A DNA stretch of 64,000 nucleotides from Raillietiella orientalis. Lineage: Eukaryota. This document shows positions 37,000-48,800 of this stretch, piece after piece; within the stretch, counting starts at the first letter, position 1, and the number at the start of each line of letters is the position of its first letter. The position numbers were made by a program, and so were the translations under genes. The notes beneath the pieces were generated by a model. That model was given only the letters and a program-made list of their open reading frames with translations, ran no database searches and was not told the DNA's origin. The stretch lies in the NCBI GenBank assembly GCA_036172245.1, contig JAYWIR010000017.1, positions 1,488,001 through 1,552,000 on the forward strand, in the 5' to 3' direction.

Positions 37000-38850
37000 T
37001 TATAAAACCTTGCCCGAGACGCCTAGACAATGTTCTCCGAGAGGCGTAATCATCGAATCATCCAATCTCTTCGAGGGGTTGAGCAGAAGTACAGAAGAAA
37101 AGAATGTTTCACTACTAAATTACTCGTCGGCCGTATCCAAGGCTCTACTTCAGATCTTCGACACGCCTGCAGTCTCAACTCCCCTCATAACTGTGAAGTT
37201 GCTCCTTTTTCAGTCAATACTCTCACATTATGGAACTTTTTCAAAACAGCACCTCCATCTGCAAGGAAGGACTCGATATTCCATATTGGCTGGTTCGAGT
37301 TCGTGTACAAGATCGCACCTTCACAAACCTCACCCGTTCTGGACCTAGTCCCCCGTCCAGAAGCAGGTTTCTCCACTCTGTTGACTCGTCTGTTCTCCAC
37401 TCCCTTTTATTCTGTCATTCAGCCAGAATAAAGTCTGTACTTCTGTTGCCAACTGTATATCGCGGTCTTCTAGATGGGTGAAAACGATTCCCGCATAGAA
37501 TATGGAGATCACGTGCTTGGCATCTCCATTGGTTTGCCGAATTACACCTCCAGCTGCGATAGAAAAACTGATAATTTCTAACGAGTGCCAAGAGGCATCC
37601 GGATAACAGAGCATGAGGCATCCAGATGACAGGGAGCAAGGTGCACAATGAATCCAATAAACTAAGCATCTGTTTTCCCGGGCAAACAGTCAAGCGGTTC
37701 ACATCAAGTGGAGTTTGCATTCTAATGGATTAGCTTTGCATCGTAGTCCGAACCTCTACTAAGATGCATTTAGTGCTAAGAAAAGGCGAAGAAAAAAATA
37801 TCCTGATTTCTGCGGGCTGGAAATCAAGATTCGTGATGCTGCCGGGATCTTTCGCCCGAACAAGTCGAGCGGATGCCCGAGCAAAGGATTTAAAAAAGGG
37901 AAACGAATTGCTGGGAGCCGGTCTTAACGGTCTGAAAGAGAGAGAGAGAGATCGAAGCTGCTACAGGAAAGTCCTGACCCAGGTGTCAAGCACGTCCCTG
38001 CTCCCGCTCCAGTGTCCTGCTTTTTGGACTCTGCTTGGCCTCGATTTTAGGATACCTTTAATTTTCGAGCTTGCTGGCCAACGACAGAGGTCTGGTCCAA
38101 CTCGGGGTCAGCAACTCACCGCACTGTAACCGTCCGTTAGCTCGCTCTAGTTCGTGCACTCTGCTCTTGAAGCTCACAACGACTTGCAATTCGAGCTGTT
38201 GCTTTCCTTTAATATTACCCATGGACTGCGAAACGCTTGTCCTGCTTGACTTTTTAACACTTTTTCTTAACAGAATGGATTTCGTGACTGTTGGCAAGAG
38301 CAATATCGCAATATCTACCTAATAATGCATGAAATTCATTAAGTACACACATCTGTTCTCCACTCTCGAAGCGAATGATGGAGGCACTTTTCCTTCAGCA
38401 TGCTGATCTCCAGCACCAAGAAAATACTCTCTAATATGTCGTTCATGAAACCAAGGGACCTTGGTTAGAAGGTAGAGATGGAGAGGCGAACGCTGTGTTC
38501 GTTTTGCATGTTCTAGGGTGATCTGGATTATTCTGTAGAATCCGTTAATTTCTGGACTTCTTGATTCTTCCTTTGCAGCAAGCTTTCAGATTTCTTCGGT
38601 GCAAGAGCATGGAGATAGCTACAGGTCTGTGTTTCCAAGTTCCGGAAAACCTTCCTTTCCTCTATCTGAAATAGGGAGGCTGTCTTCTTTGGATTTTCTG
38701 AAAAATGAAGTTTTTCTAAAAATTTTAGGAGCCTTGATATTGTTGGATCTTCCGTTCCTGAGATGGAGAAGAAGAACTGTGGTTTTGTCACCTCTATGTC
38801 TAAAGACTTGCTATCAGATTCTATGTCATGCAATTCTCCTCTTTCCTGCT
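37000..38850 (+). pseudogene. Histone quartet relic C11
   Basis: H2B YSSAVSKALLQIFDTPAVSTPLITVKLLLFQSILSHY aligns without gaps to [37 protein letters not shown] (ORF 36917-37348). H2A LLLPTVYRGLLDG. H3 ARTSRADAR and DCETL...VTVGKSNIAIS. H4 EVFLKIL...RRRTVV (ORF 38599-38919). Confidence 0.8.
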
Positions 38851-38959
38851 ACCTCGGAATACATTCTCATTAGATTGTTTGTTTCAGTTTCCATTTCTCA
38901 ATCATTTGCGATGAGCTAGTAGTTTGTTTGTGAAGACACTAAGGATTTACTAGGGACTT

Positions 38960-40900
38960 GGTTTTGTAATGATCTCTGGAATTCCACCGGTGAAATGTTT
39001 TAAACGAAACTTCTTCTGTAGCACAGCTTTCGTGTTGGCTCGATACACTTTCTATTCCAAAAAAATGCTTCTACACCGTGCTGAACAAAGTCATTATTTC
39101 GCCCAGATAATCTCTTTGGGGACTTCAATTCCCAAAGGTTCAATTCTTCCCAAAACTGAATACCATTGGAGGTGTCTTTAATTGAGATCGACTTCCTAAA
39201 TCAGCAATCTTCCTATTGCAGACCTCTTCACTCTCTGTGTTCAACAGAAACACCGGGTTGGAATATAGCCAAGTCAAGAGTAAATATTGAGCATTTAATT
39301 AAGTAGTAAATAGGTGGCATTACCAAATAAGGTTTCATATGTTTTACACTAATCTATGGCTTTTATATGAAGAATCACATCAAAAACAGCATTCGCATTG
39401 ATGAGAATCAGGTAGCGGAACATGAGATCATGAAAATGGATTTTCTGTTAGATGGGGCAAAATGATGAAATAAAGTGTAACAGCACAACGAAATGAAGGT
39501 AAAGGAATGCCAATGCCTACTGGACGCTTGAATAAGAAATTGAATTTTAATGTCAGGGTTTGAGTTCATCTCTGAAGGAGCAGAATCTCGTTGACGTGGA
39601 AAATTTTCGGATAAAGATCGTAACTCTTCCGACTTAATGACATCTGCTATTCAGTTTTCTGTCAGTTTGACGTAAAGAGTTTCCTATTTTATTTGGGATT
39701 TCTCTCACATGCTTTTACCATTTTTTTTTTTTTTTTTTTGATACCTCTGATTCCTTTTGTCTCTAGCCTGGAGATCGAATTTAAAATTCCAAAAGTGAAA
39801 TTCTTATCCACGGTCCTTTCTAGCGCTGTCCACTATGGCAGTTGGATGCACATCTGACAGAACCTTTCTGTCCTCTTTTTATTTGTCTCATCGATCCTAC
39901 ACTCTTTAGCTGCTTTATGTTAATTCTGAATCAGCGAAAGGACCAAAGTCCCCAATTTTTTCCAGTGTTTTTAATTGACTTTTAATGGTAAAGACCGAAC
40001 TGAGTATGCTGACGCCTGAGAGTTCACAGTTGCTGCACATCAAAATGCTAAAGGCTTACCTGATTTGAATGAAAAAGGCGTTCGGTGCTTAAAATATGAA
40101 GCAATGTGGAATCGGTCTTGAATGAGGTCATAGGATCGTTTTATGTTCTACTAAAAGTTTTATTTGAAAACAAAATTCCTTTCCAGTTTCTGGAGAAACG
40201 TTCTGGGTTTCAGAAGCAAAGTAACGGTTTGAAATGCGCCCGTTTCGATGCAATTCGTTATTTGCTCGATAACGTGATGTTTCCAAAATTACGATCACGG
40301 ATGACTCCCGAACTCCGGATGACTCTATTACTGGATGATTGCAGGTAATGCATGAACTAATAGGCTTTGCAAATGAATCCGCAATGCACTTTCGGGCGTA
40401 TTGCCAGGCTTGATTATAATTAAAACCGTACAGATTTGGGATTCCCGAGTTCGAATTTGCCAACATTAGAATTCAAAAATTAAAGACGGATATTTCAGTT
40501 GAATCCCCTTACTTACAAAAAAAATTCCTTATCTCACACTTTCCACTGGAAACTATCAATAGGAACACAAATGTGTTCTCGACACCTGAAGTGCTTTCTA
40601 CTTCAGCATACCGTGAGAAAGATCCCAATGTAAAATGCCTGTGTGAAACTGGATGCAAACAGTCGAAATGCCACTGAATACTGAACGAACAAAGAACGAA
40701 ACTACAAAGGATGATTTCCCATTAGTTTGTTGTACGCGGAAACGGCATGCTTAGTCACTACCTTATTCCATGAGATCGCCATGCAGCGCCCATTCAACAG
40801 CTGCCCGATATGGCAGTAAAGTTGGACTCTCTTAGCCAAAATTTAAATCCCTGCACAAAGCATGCGACTGTTTGTTAATGTCTCCTTACTGAGATTATGG
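38960..40900 (+). pseudogene. Histone quartet relic C12
   Basis: H2B FYTVLNKV. H2A SGFEF and PRSFLAL. H3 ATG at 39985 (MVKT) and VLNEV...KIPFQFL (ORF 40106-40348). H4 PISLLYAETACLVTTLFHEI (cf. [21 protein letters not shown]) about 40718-40777. Confidence 0.78.
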
Positions 40901-40939
40901 CAACTCGACATGTTTACAATTCGCATACATTTTAATTTT

Positions 40940-41323
40940 TCGGCTACTGATAAGAGTTTCGAAATTAGGCTTTTGGATGCAGCATTCGCTGCGGCTGCAC
41001 TGGCTTTCTCGAACACAGTCCTTCTGAAGTGGACAGTGAAAGCTGCCTGAAAAATTGGATTTGACGATTCAGGGTTGCACCACAAATCCGCAATATGAAA
41101 TATTTCTGCTTATGCTGAAGAATTTGAAATTTCGATTCCGAAATTCACCACCAAAGGAACCACAGCAAAAAAAAAATGCGGGACTGGCGAATGGAAAATT
41201 AATTCATCTAGAGGAGCATGCTGGTGACCGAGATGGTATTTAGGATTATCCATAAGCAGCACTTGGTGCTCCGTCTCCTGAGATTGAGACAAGGGACCCT
41301 ACAACTTCTATCTGCAACACGTA
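40940..41323 (+). pseudogene. Terminal H2B-like relic (C13)
   Basis: DKSFEIRLL and LDLTI at the position expected from the period. Weak similarity; composition drops to AT-rich host DNA by about 41.5 kb. Confidence 0.4.
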
Positions 41324-43438
41324 GGCAGCACAAGACACGACAAGCTACATTTGCGTGACGAAGATACAGACTTCTATAGTCCATAGGGAGATGAATGCCA
41401 GCTCAGGTCCGTGAAACCTCAGGTTTCGTGTAATAAAAGTTCACAAGTAGCAGCAGTCGCCTTTACATAGCGACAAAGTTACTTTGCTGTTATCTAAACG
41501 TGTGTTGAAATAAAGCAAAAAAATAAATAAATAGAGCAATAAGTACCGGGGTTACAAATACATCCCCATTTCGAAATGATAGCATACGTATTATTCACAT
41601 AAGTGGAAATTTTATTTCAACCAGAAATATTGTGAACCTTCAGAGGATTCCTTTCCATTTGTTCGATCTGAGTTACTTAAACTAAAACAAATATGGTATG
41701 GATATATTCTTGTATGTATCCAAACATATTTTGCTCAAATGCGGAAAAAACATAAGGAAACTTAATTGCTACACATTTTTGCTGAAAAATTTTCATGATA
41801 TGAAAAAATTTTGTGGTTCACCTATCGCATGTATTCAATTATGATACCAAGTGCAACGCAAATGTGACATAAAACCAATAATTATGTGGTGCAATAGTTA
41901 TGAAACATGCATGCGAAGTTCTGTTTAAGAAATGCATGATTGACTATCCTATTTTCTTCAATATTACTATTTATCCTGGGTTTGTTTGTTACGTAATGCC
42001 TGATAAGCGCACAAAACCAGAAAATTGGTTAATAAAATGGTTAATAATTGCTTAAAATTGAGAGCATCTTGACGATCAACTCCCGAACTTTACTTGAGGT
42101 AATAGCGATCAAAAGATGCTTTTTGACTGCAAGACATCCTTTCCTACACAAAAAATTTACGAGGGGAAATTTGGACGCAATTTTCCATCAAAAATGCATT
42201 TGACATGAGGAAAACGTATATTTGAAAATGAAGTTCGTATAAATGGCGAATGCTGCCAGCAAAGTAGTAAAAACTACAAAATCAGCGATTTGGAAACAGC
42301 AGGTATTATTCAAGGGAATAACTGCAAACTGCAGTTCAAAGGTTCAAATCAAAAAATTAATAAAAAAATCCAATTTGACTCAGACTTGTAAATCCATAGT
42401 TTCAAGTTATCATTTTATCAACAAGTGATAATTTGCCATTATTTCATGAGAATTCTACAAAATACAAACAAAACTGATTCAAGTAACCAATGCTTTCTCA
42501 TCAATCTTTGCACTTAGCAAAATGATACTATCCTCAGTGAGGATGCAGGAAATTTCAGTTGGACAAAATTACTTTTACATTTACTTTTGCGTATTCTTAA
42601 CGTATACAAAAAGCACTGGATATGTTTAGCATTGTACGATTACCAACCAGTTGCGTATATTAGAATTATCAGCCATGTGTAAGGAAAATGCATTTGACTC
42701 GATGCTTTCCAAGTTAAAAAATTACAAAGCATCATTCAGTACAGAGCAGATTTGGATAGATAGGGAGTTTTGCTAGCGAAAAACTGCTTTTGACCCAGAT
42801 GCTTTAAGGATGCAGAACTGTATCTAAGCTATTTAAAAGAACAAAATTACAAGTATTTGTCAACAGCAAAATCAAGATATTCAAATCAGATAAGTCTAAA
42901 GTTAGAATTCTAAATTCTTTCTGACTTTAATGTCCTACTGTATAACAACTCTGCCTGTAACCAGAAACCTGAAATGTGGTTTGTACAAAAATCTGCTCAA
43001 TACAAAAGTTGTTGCAAGCTTGAAGAAATGAAAACATAAGCAACTACCAATCATGCAAGCATCACCAAAAAAATTCATTATAAAAAAAAAAATGGGAAGA
43101 GAATACAAAATCAGTGGAACCCATATGTTTTTATTTACACAAAAATGTCCTAACAAAGTCAGTTTACAATAGATGGCTTATATTTAACAGTTTAAGTAGA
43201 AAATATTTTTTAATTACGGACTTGAAAAATATATATATGTGCAAAAAGCAAGACAGATAGCAAGAAACTACTTTGTAGTGCTACGTAAATGGAGTTGAAG
43301 AATGCTGATTCCTGTAAAAATAATACAAAGGATGATCCAAAGAGAGACAATGTTGCCATGCCTATAAATAAAACATGATAATATATTTATTATATGCAAA
43401 GATATCATTAATCAGATTAGAGAGACACAAATGTTGAC

Positions 43439-45835
43439 TCATTTTCTTACCTCAAGCCTTGAAGAATGCGAGTCTGATGTTTGTTGCTCTACTATTTCAT
43501 TTAGCTGATTGTCTTCATCAGGTTTTACGAAAGTCATGGCCTTGAATTGCTTTTCCACGTTTTTATTCATGTTGTCCCTCTTCATATCTGAATACTCATA
43601 TACTATAGGTTCAAAGGTGATCTCAGGTGCTATGACTAATTTTTCATTAGGCAAGAAATGTGCTCCTTCCTGAAGAAGATTTGCAACAATTCGGGCAATA
43701 TTTCGAGCATCATCCAATCCTGAATGGAGACGTCCTTTAAACTTGATCCCCAATTTTTGCAACATCAACAGTAAGTTTAGCTACAAGCAACTTATTATAT
43801 TCAATCAGTTAGTTTTCATAGTCTTCAACCTTTTGAAGCTTGTAGAAATTGCTGAAAACTTTCTTCACATTAATCCATTCATAGGCAAATTCTGGATATG
43901 GTATACCACTTATCTAATGATGAAAGTGAAATCAACTTTAGAATGACATTAGTCATGTCATTACCTCACATTGTGAATACAGAAATTTACACATGTCAGC
44001 AGGGCCATCAGTTATTACAGCAAAACTATTCACAGCACCAAGCTGATGTTTTTCTAACCACTTAATAAATCTTTCAAACACTTCTGCAAAAACTGCTGCA
44101 GAATTGACAGTCTTCTACAAAGATAGCATGCTTATAAAGTGGGAATGCTTATTAGCACAGACTTGCTTGATGCCAGTAAGTTCACGACAAAACAAGGAAA
44201 GCTCTGGATTTATTTCAGGACGACAAAATTCATGAAATTCATCGATGATTTTTCCTTGTTCCACAGAGAATAACAGGGCAGGAAACTCAATTATTTCATT
44301 CCTAAAGAAGAAACCTTTGAACAAAATTACATGAGCAGCAATTCCTTAAAGAGTTGTTCAGCAAATAAATCTTATTTAAGTATTTAGGCAGTGACTGCAG
44401 TTCACACAAGTTAAGAAATACCATGACTTGTTACTGGAATCACAAGCTTTGTATTAGCATTATTAGTATATCACTTTCAGTTTTTTGATTAGTAATATGA
44501 AACATTAAACTGAGATGTAAACTGCAAGATTCTTGTTGCATATGAACAAAACTCTTTGTCAAAACCTCATATCACAAAAGCAGTTGGCCACTAACACACA
44601 TACTTAAAACTGTTTCAGACAACATTGATTTCCATAAAGTATGGAACATATAAAAGCACAGACAAATAACATGTACTGACATACCAATTTGCCATTATCC
44701 TCACAAGAAACACTAAAAATTCGAATTCTTACTCAGAGTTTATGAATATTTATGCATCTACATTCAAGGGTTCAATTACAATTATGCCAAAGGAACAAAT
44801 CAGAATTTCAAAAAGATAAAACACAAACAGCTAAAAATGAAATGAAAATCCTTATCAGAAAACAAAATCATTCCTATCCAAACAAATCTACTTCATCGAG
44901 TCAGTTTAGAATATGTACAGTTTTTCAAATGAGCAATCTACCTAATATGAGACTTATTTGAAAGTTTAAAGAGCACAGCAGTTAAAATAGTGTCAATATG
45001 AAATGAATACATAACCGAATACATCCTAATTATTCCTTCCAAAGCAATTTTCCTTTCGATAATCCACTGCCTGAAAAGCCTAATAGTGGAAATAATCACA
45101 CATTCAAGATAAGATTTAAAAAAATGATTCCAGTATAACAAAGGCTACTTGTGGAAAACTACGTGATCACACTAAATAATTTGTCATCCCAAATTGTACG
45201 GGCCACAAAATTAAATGCAATTACAGTCAAGGAATCACACCTTTTGACTGGGCAAATCACTTGGAATGGTCAAAACTTGTGATTGTATTGAATCACTAAT
45301 GTGATCACCAAAGTCAAAAATGAAAACGTTCCATAATAAAAAACCTGGATACGCGCACACACATTATTATTTACGCACATTGAAATTTTTTTTTTAACAT
45401 CAACAGTTACTTAAAAACAAAACGAGAATTGCCCACAGCTGTACAGAATTATATAATTGGCTTCAAAATGAATTTAAAATTCAAATTACTTCGAAGAATG
45501 TACATTTTACCTCCAATCTGGTATATAACATCCTACCTGAATTCCAGATTTTTCCTTTCTACACAAGTAGCTTCAAAATCAATTATTACAAAATATTTAT
45601 AGAGCATTACACTTTTATCTACATTTCCCAAGTTTTTCTTCTTATAATACATCTTCAGTCGCTTCCTTATTACTTCAGTATTTCCAGCAGTGGATAAATT
45701 GAGTAATTTTAATTTGTTAACTATCTGCTTCCTTGTCATGTTATTAATTTTTCCATAAATACGAGTTAGTTTTTCCATTTGGAGATCATTTATGGCAGTT
45801 TCTTCCAATAAATTACATGGACTATTGTTCTCCAT
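43439..45835 (-). CDS. ERI1: ERI1/3'hExo-like SAP + DEDDh 3'-5' exoribonuclease, 5 exons: 45835-45537, 44301-44163, 44114-43965, 43913-43830, 43780-43439
   Basis: SAP-like INNMTRKQIVNKLKLLNLSTAGNTEVIRKRLK; Exo I VIIDFEATC...NEIIEFP; FCRPEINPELSLFCRELTGI; Exo II VITDGPADM; WINVKKVF; Exo III FKGRLHSGLDDARNIARI. All four introns are GT-AG and preserve frame. Start codon and last exon uncertain. Confidence 0.93.
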
Positions 45836-48800
45836 TTCCAAGATTAAGATTCCACATAACTCTTATTCACCGGACACTGACATTACGAAAATGGAATTCA
45901 AACACTATGAATTCCAAAATTACTCACAATCTTCGATTACAATTTTTTCTGAAGTTTCCTCACCCTAATATCGCACAAGCCTTCTTGGGAACGTTTTCTC
46001 AATTCAGGGTTCACTTTTGCTTCTTTTTTTTTCCTGCTTTTAACAATCTGTTGAATAAAATCAAACAATCCTTCATATAAATTTGCAGAAATTATGAGCC
46101 CCCCTTGACTGCATGGCATAAGTTTGAAGATAATTCGAGCTTATTAACTAAAAACAAAAACAAGTGGTACATGCAGCAAGGTTGGATGCTTCATAATGAA
46201 AGCTATGCTCTTTTGTATACTTGGGGAATTTTATATTTTGGTAGATTCATCCATTCACTGTAACAATGATATATTTAATATCAGGTCTTAATGAAAGAAC
46301 AAACTTCTAAAATATTTTTCCTCATACACAGTTCCACGGTCTTCTGGGTTCTGTATCCTGCTCCCCGTTTTACAAAACTTGGTTTTTACGCTAGCGCTTT
46401 CAAGATTGCCGATAGGAAGATCAGCTTGCCCAGTCCTTACACAAATGAAACTCTTTGATATCACAATGCATATTCTAAACATCTGTATTTGTACAAACGT
46501 TGAAGGAAAAAAACTCAAAGTTATTTATCGGAGCCGATAACCCTCCTAGTCAACAAGACTGATCACTTGATGTATCAAAAGCTGAAAATTCAAATGCCAG
46601 ATAACAGTATATTTGAGGAGCAAGAAAAGGATATTTAAAATATCTTATTTATAGAAGAAAATAACAAAAACTACTCTTTGCATGCACACTACGCATCTTC
46701 CAAGGCGAGTACTAAGTATTTATGGTATCATTATGTACTTGTGGTAGAGGTTCAGTTTCAAAAAACTGAACGTCTTTCGGTTAGCTTAGCATTTCAGTTA
46801 CATGATCCAAATAGATGTGGATATGTTTCTTATTGCTTTTTACAGCATTTTAAAAAGTGATACCCTTGAAACACGCTCATAACGCAGATTCACACACAAC
46901 ATCTATGTCTGCATTGCATATAAAATAAATTAACATCTCTACTGTTGATACACCATCTTTCTTCATAAACGAACTCTTAAGTGTAAAAGTTGAGAAAATA
47001 TCAAGTGTTCAGTCCCACTATTAGATTGATCTATATGAATTGTAAACCACCCCATTGGTTTCTTCATCATACCCTATGCTGATATGATGTAATGAAAGTT
47101 CTGGAATGGCTCCTTACTATGACCATAATACTGAAATCTCTTTTATTCCCTAGAAAATAGAACAATGAACTATTTATTTAAAATAGTGTGATGCAATTTC
47201 CTTATTTATACAAGTACTCCTTTTGATTTTTCTCTTCTTTCTAGTGGATTTATTTCAATTATTTTTCCCTGAACGAATATTCCATTTTCCAAATTTTGTA
47301 AAGTTCTTTTTATGCCAAGTATTCAAAGAGGTTCAAGCATATTAAAATCTAAGTTAGTCATTTGTAAAGTGCTCTATTAGCACTTTGTTATTAATAACTC
47401 TAGTGAATATGAGATTATCTTTTATTAATTTCATTAAAAAGTACAGTTTGTGTATATAGCCTATTCAATATGAAATGTGTTTGATAAGCAGAATAAACGA
47501 AATTTGCAAGAATTTGCTATTTATATGTTTTTGGATATTACAGGTATGATTTTGGAGTACAGATACCAATAGTCCGAATATACAATCCAAATAAACAAAT
47601 ATATAGCTAAAAACACATCTGATTCACCGTTGAGGACTGCTCTACTGCTGGGGACTAGAAAATAAGACTATAAGAAACACATGAAAGCTCTCGTAAATGT
47701 ATATAGAAGCGTTTCTTAATGAACATTCTGAATCTAATCTGAAATAGAAAAACTACTACTTTAAATGTCTTAAAACACCTACTTTCTTAGTGGATGAATC
47801 CAAAAATAATCATATACTTTACAGAATTGAAGTTTTACAGATTCAAGAAAAATGAATTACTTAAGAGTCCATTGTAAGCTTTGGTTTGAAAAACGAGTAC
47901 GATTGTCTGCAACAATTATTGCTTTGTTTTTATTTCTTTTTATAATAATTAAGAATCATATAAGTTTAGCATGCATGTCTACACACTATTTTGAGACAAG
48001 TACGATCATCAAGTATAAGAATAAAGTCCTTGGACGCTTGAATTTTTCAAATATTACAGGTAATCTACTTTTACTATTTTTAGTAAAGGAAACATAGAAA
48101 GTACAAAAGACTTTGTAAGTATTAAAAGTCTAGGTCAAATTATTCGACCATAATCCTGAAAGTTTTGTTAGCATAAGAAGCCGAAGTCTCAGATTTCCAA
48201 AAGTTCAAAAAAATACAAATGATTATGGATTCCTTTGATATATATGGATTACGACAAATGCCAGCTATATATTAGTTATTTCAAGATTTATTTATTTTGG
48301 AGACGTAAAGAGAGATTGCACCTTTTGATAAAGAGACTTTATGGTTATAAATTCGCTCTCTAAGTCTTTAATCAATGTTCGTAATTTATAGAACACTGAA
48401 CTTTACCAGTTGCACATCCTTATAATCATCGCACGCAAACGTATACGTGTGTGTTTTTTTCTTCGTTCCAAGAAGAGCATTTTTTTCATGTAATCTGAGA
48501 GCGCAAAAAACGCACTTTAATTCAATCCTCGACATTTCCAACCTGAATTTGCACAACGAAGTCCGTGCCGTTTTGTACCGTAAGTCTTTGTTTTGTGTTG
48601 AAATTTAAATACAATTCAGATGAGGAAAATGATCAGTTTTTGGTTCCTTTTTAAATAGACATCATAAAAATTTCCGATTAAGATTGAAAAAAATTCAATT
48701 TTTTTTCAGCTTTTTTTTCTGGTTTTCGAAATACTGAGTCCTCTCAAATTTCATTCAGTTTCTTGAACATTTTTAAAAGCACTCGCTTGTGAGCAATGAA

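Larger units (their letters stand above)
1..41323. repeat. Degenerate tandem array of co-oriented histone quartets (H2B-H2A-H3-H4)n, about 19-20 units, continuing off the left window edge
   Basis: Histone-fold and tail motifs recur in the same order throughout. H2B core starts on + lie at about 1790, 3880, 5575, 16800, 18470, 20930, 23150, 25500, 28030, 30140, 32430, 34690, 37110, 39060 and 40950 (mean spacing about 2.2 kb in the right block). No unit has intact reading frames. Confidence 0.88.

Noticed and set aside
1..41323. Endogenous giant virus or Polinton carrying histone quadruplets
   Set aside because: No polymerase, capsid, ATPase or integrase remnants or terminal repeats seen; the whole span is histone-derived with canonical H3 tails. 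Viral origin remains only a phylogenetic alternative.
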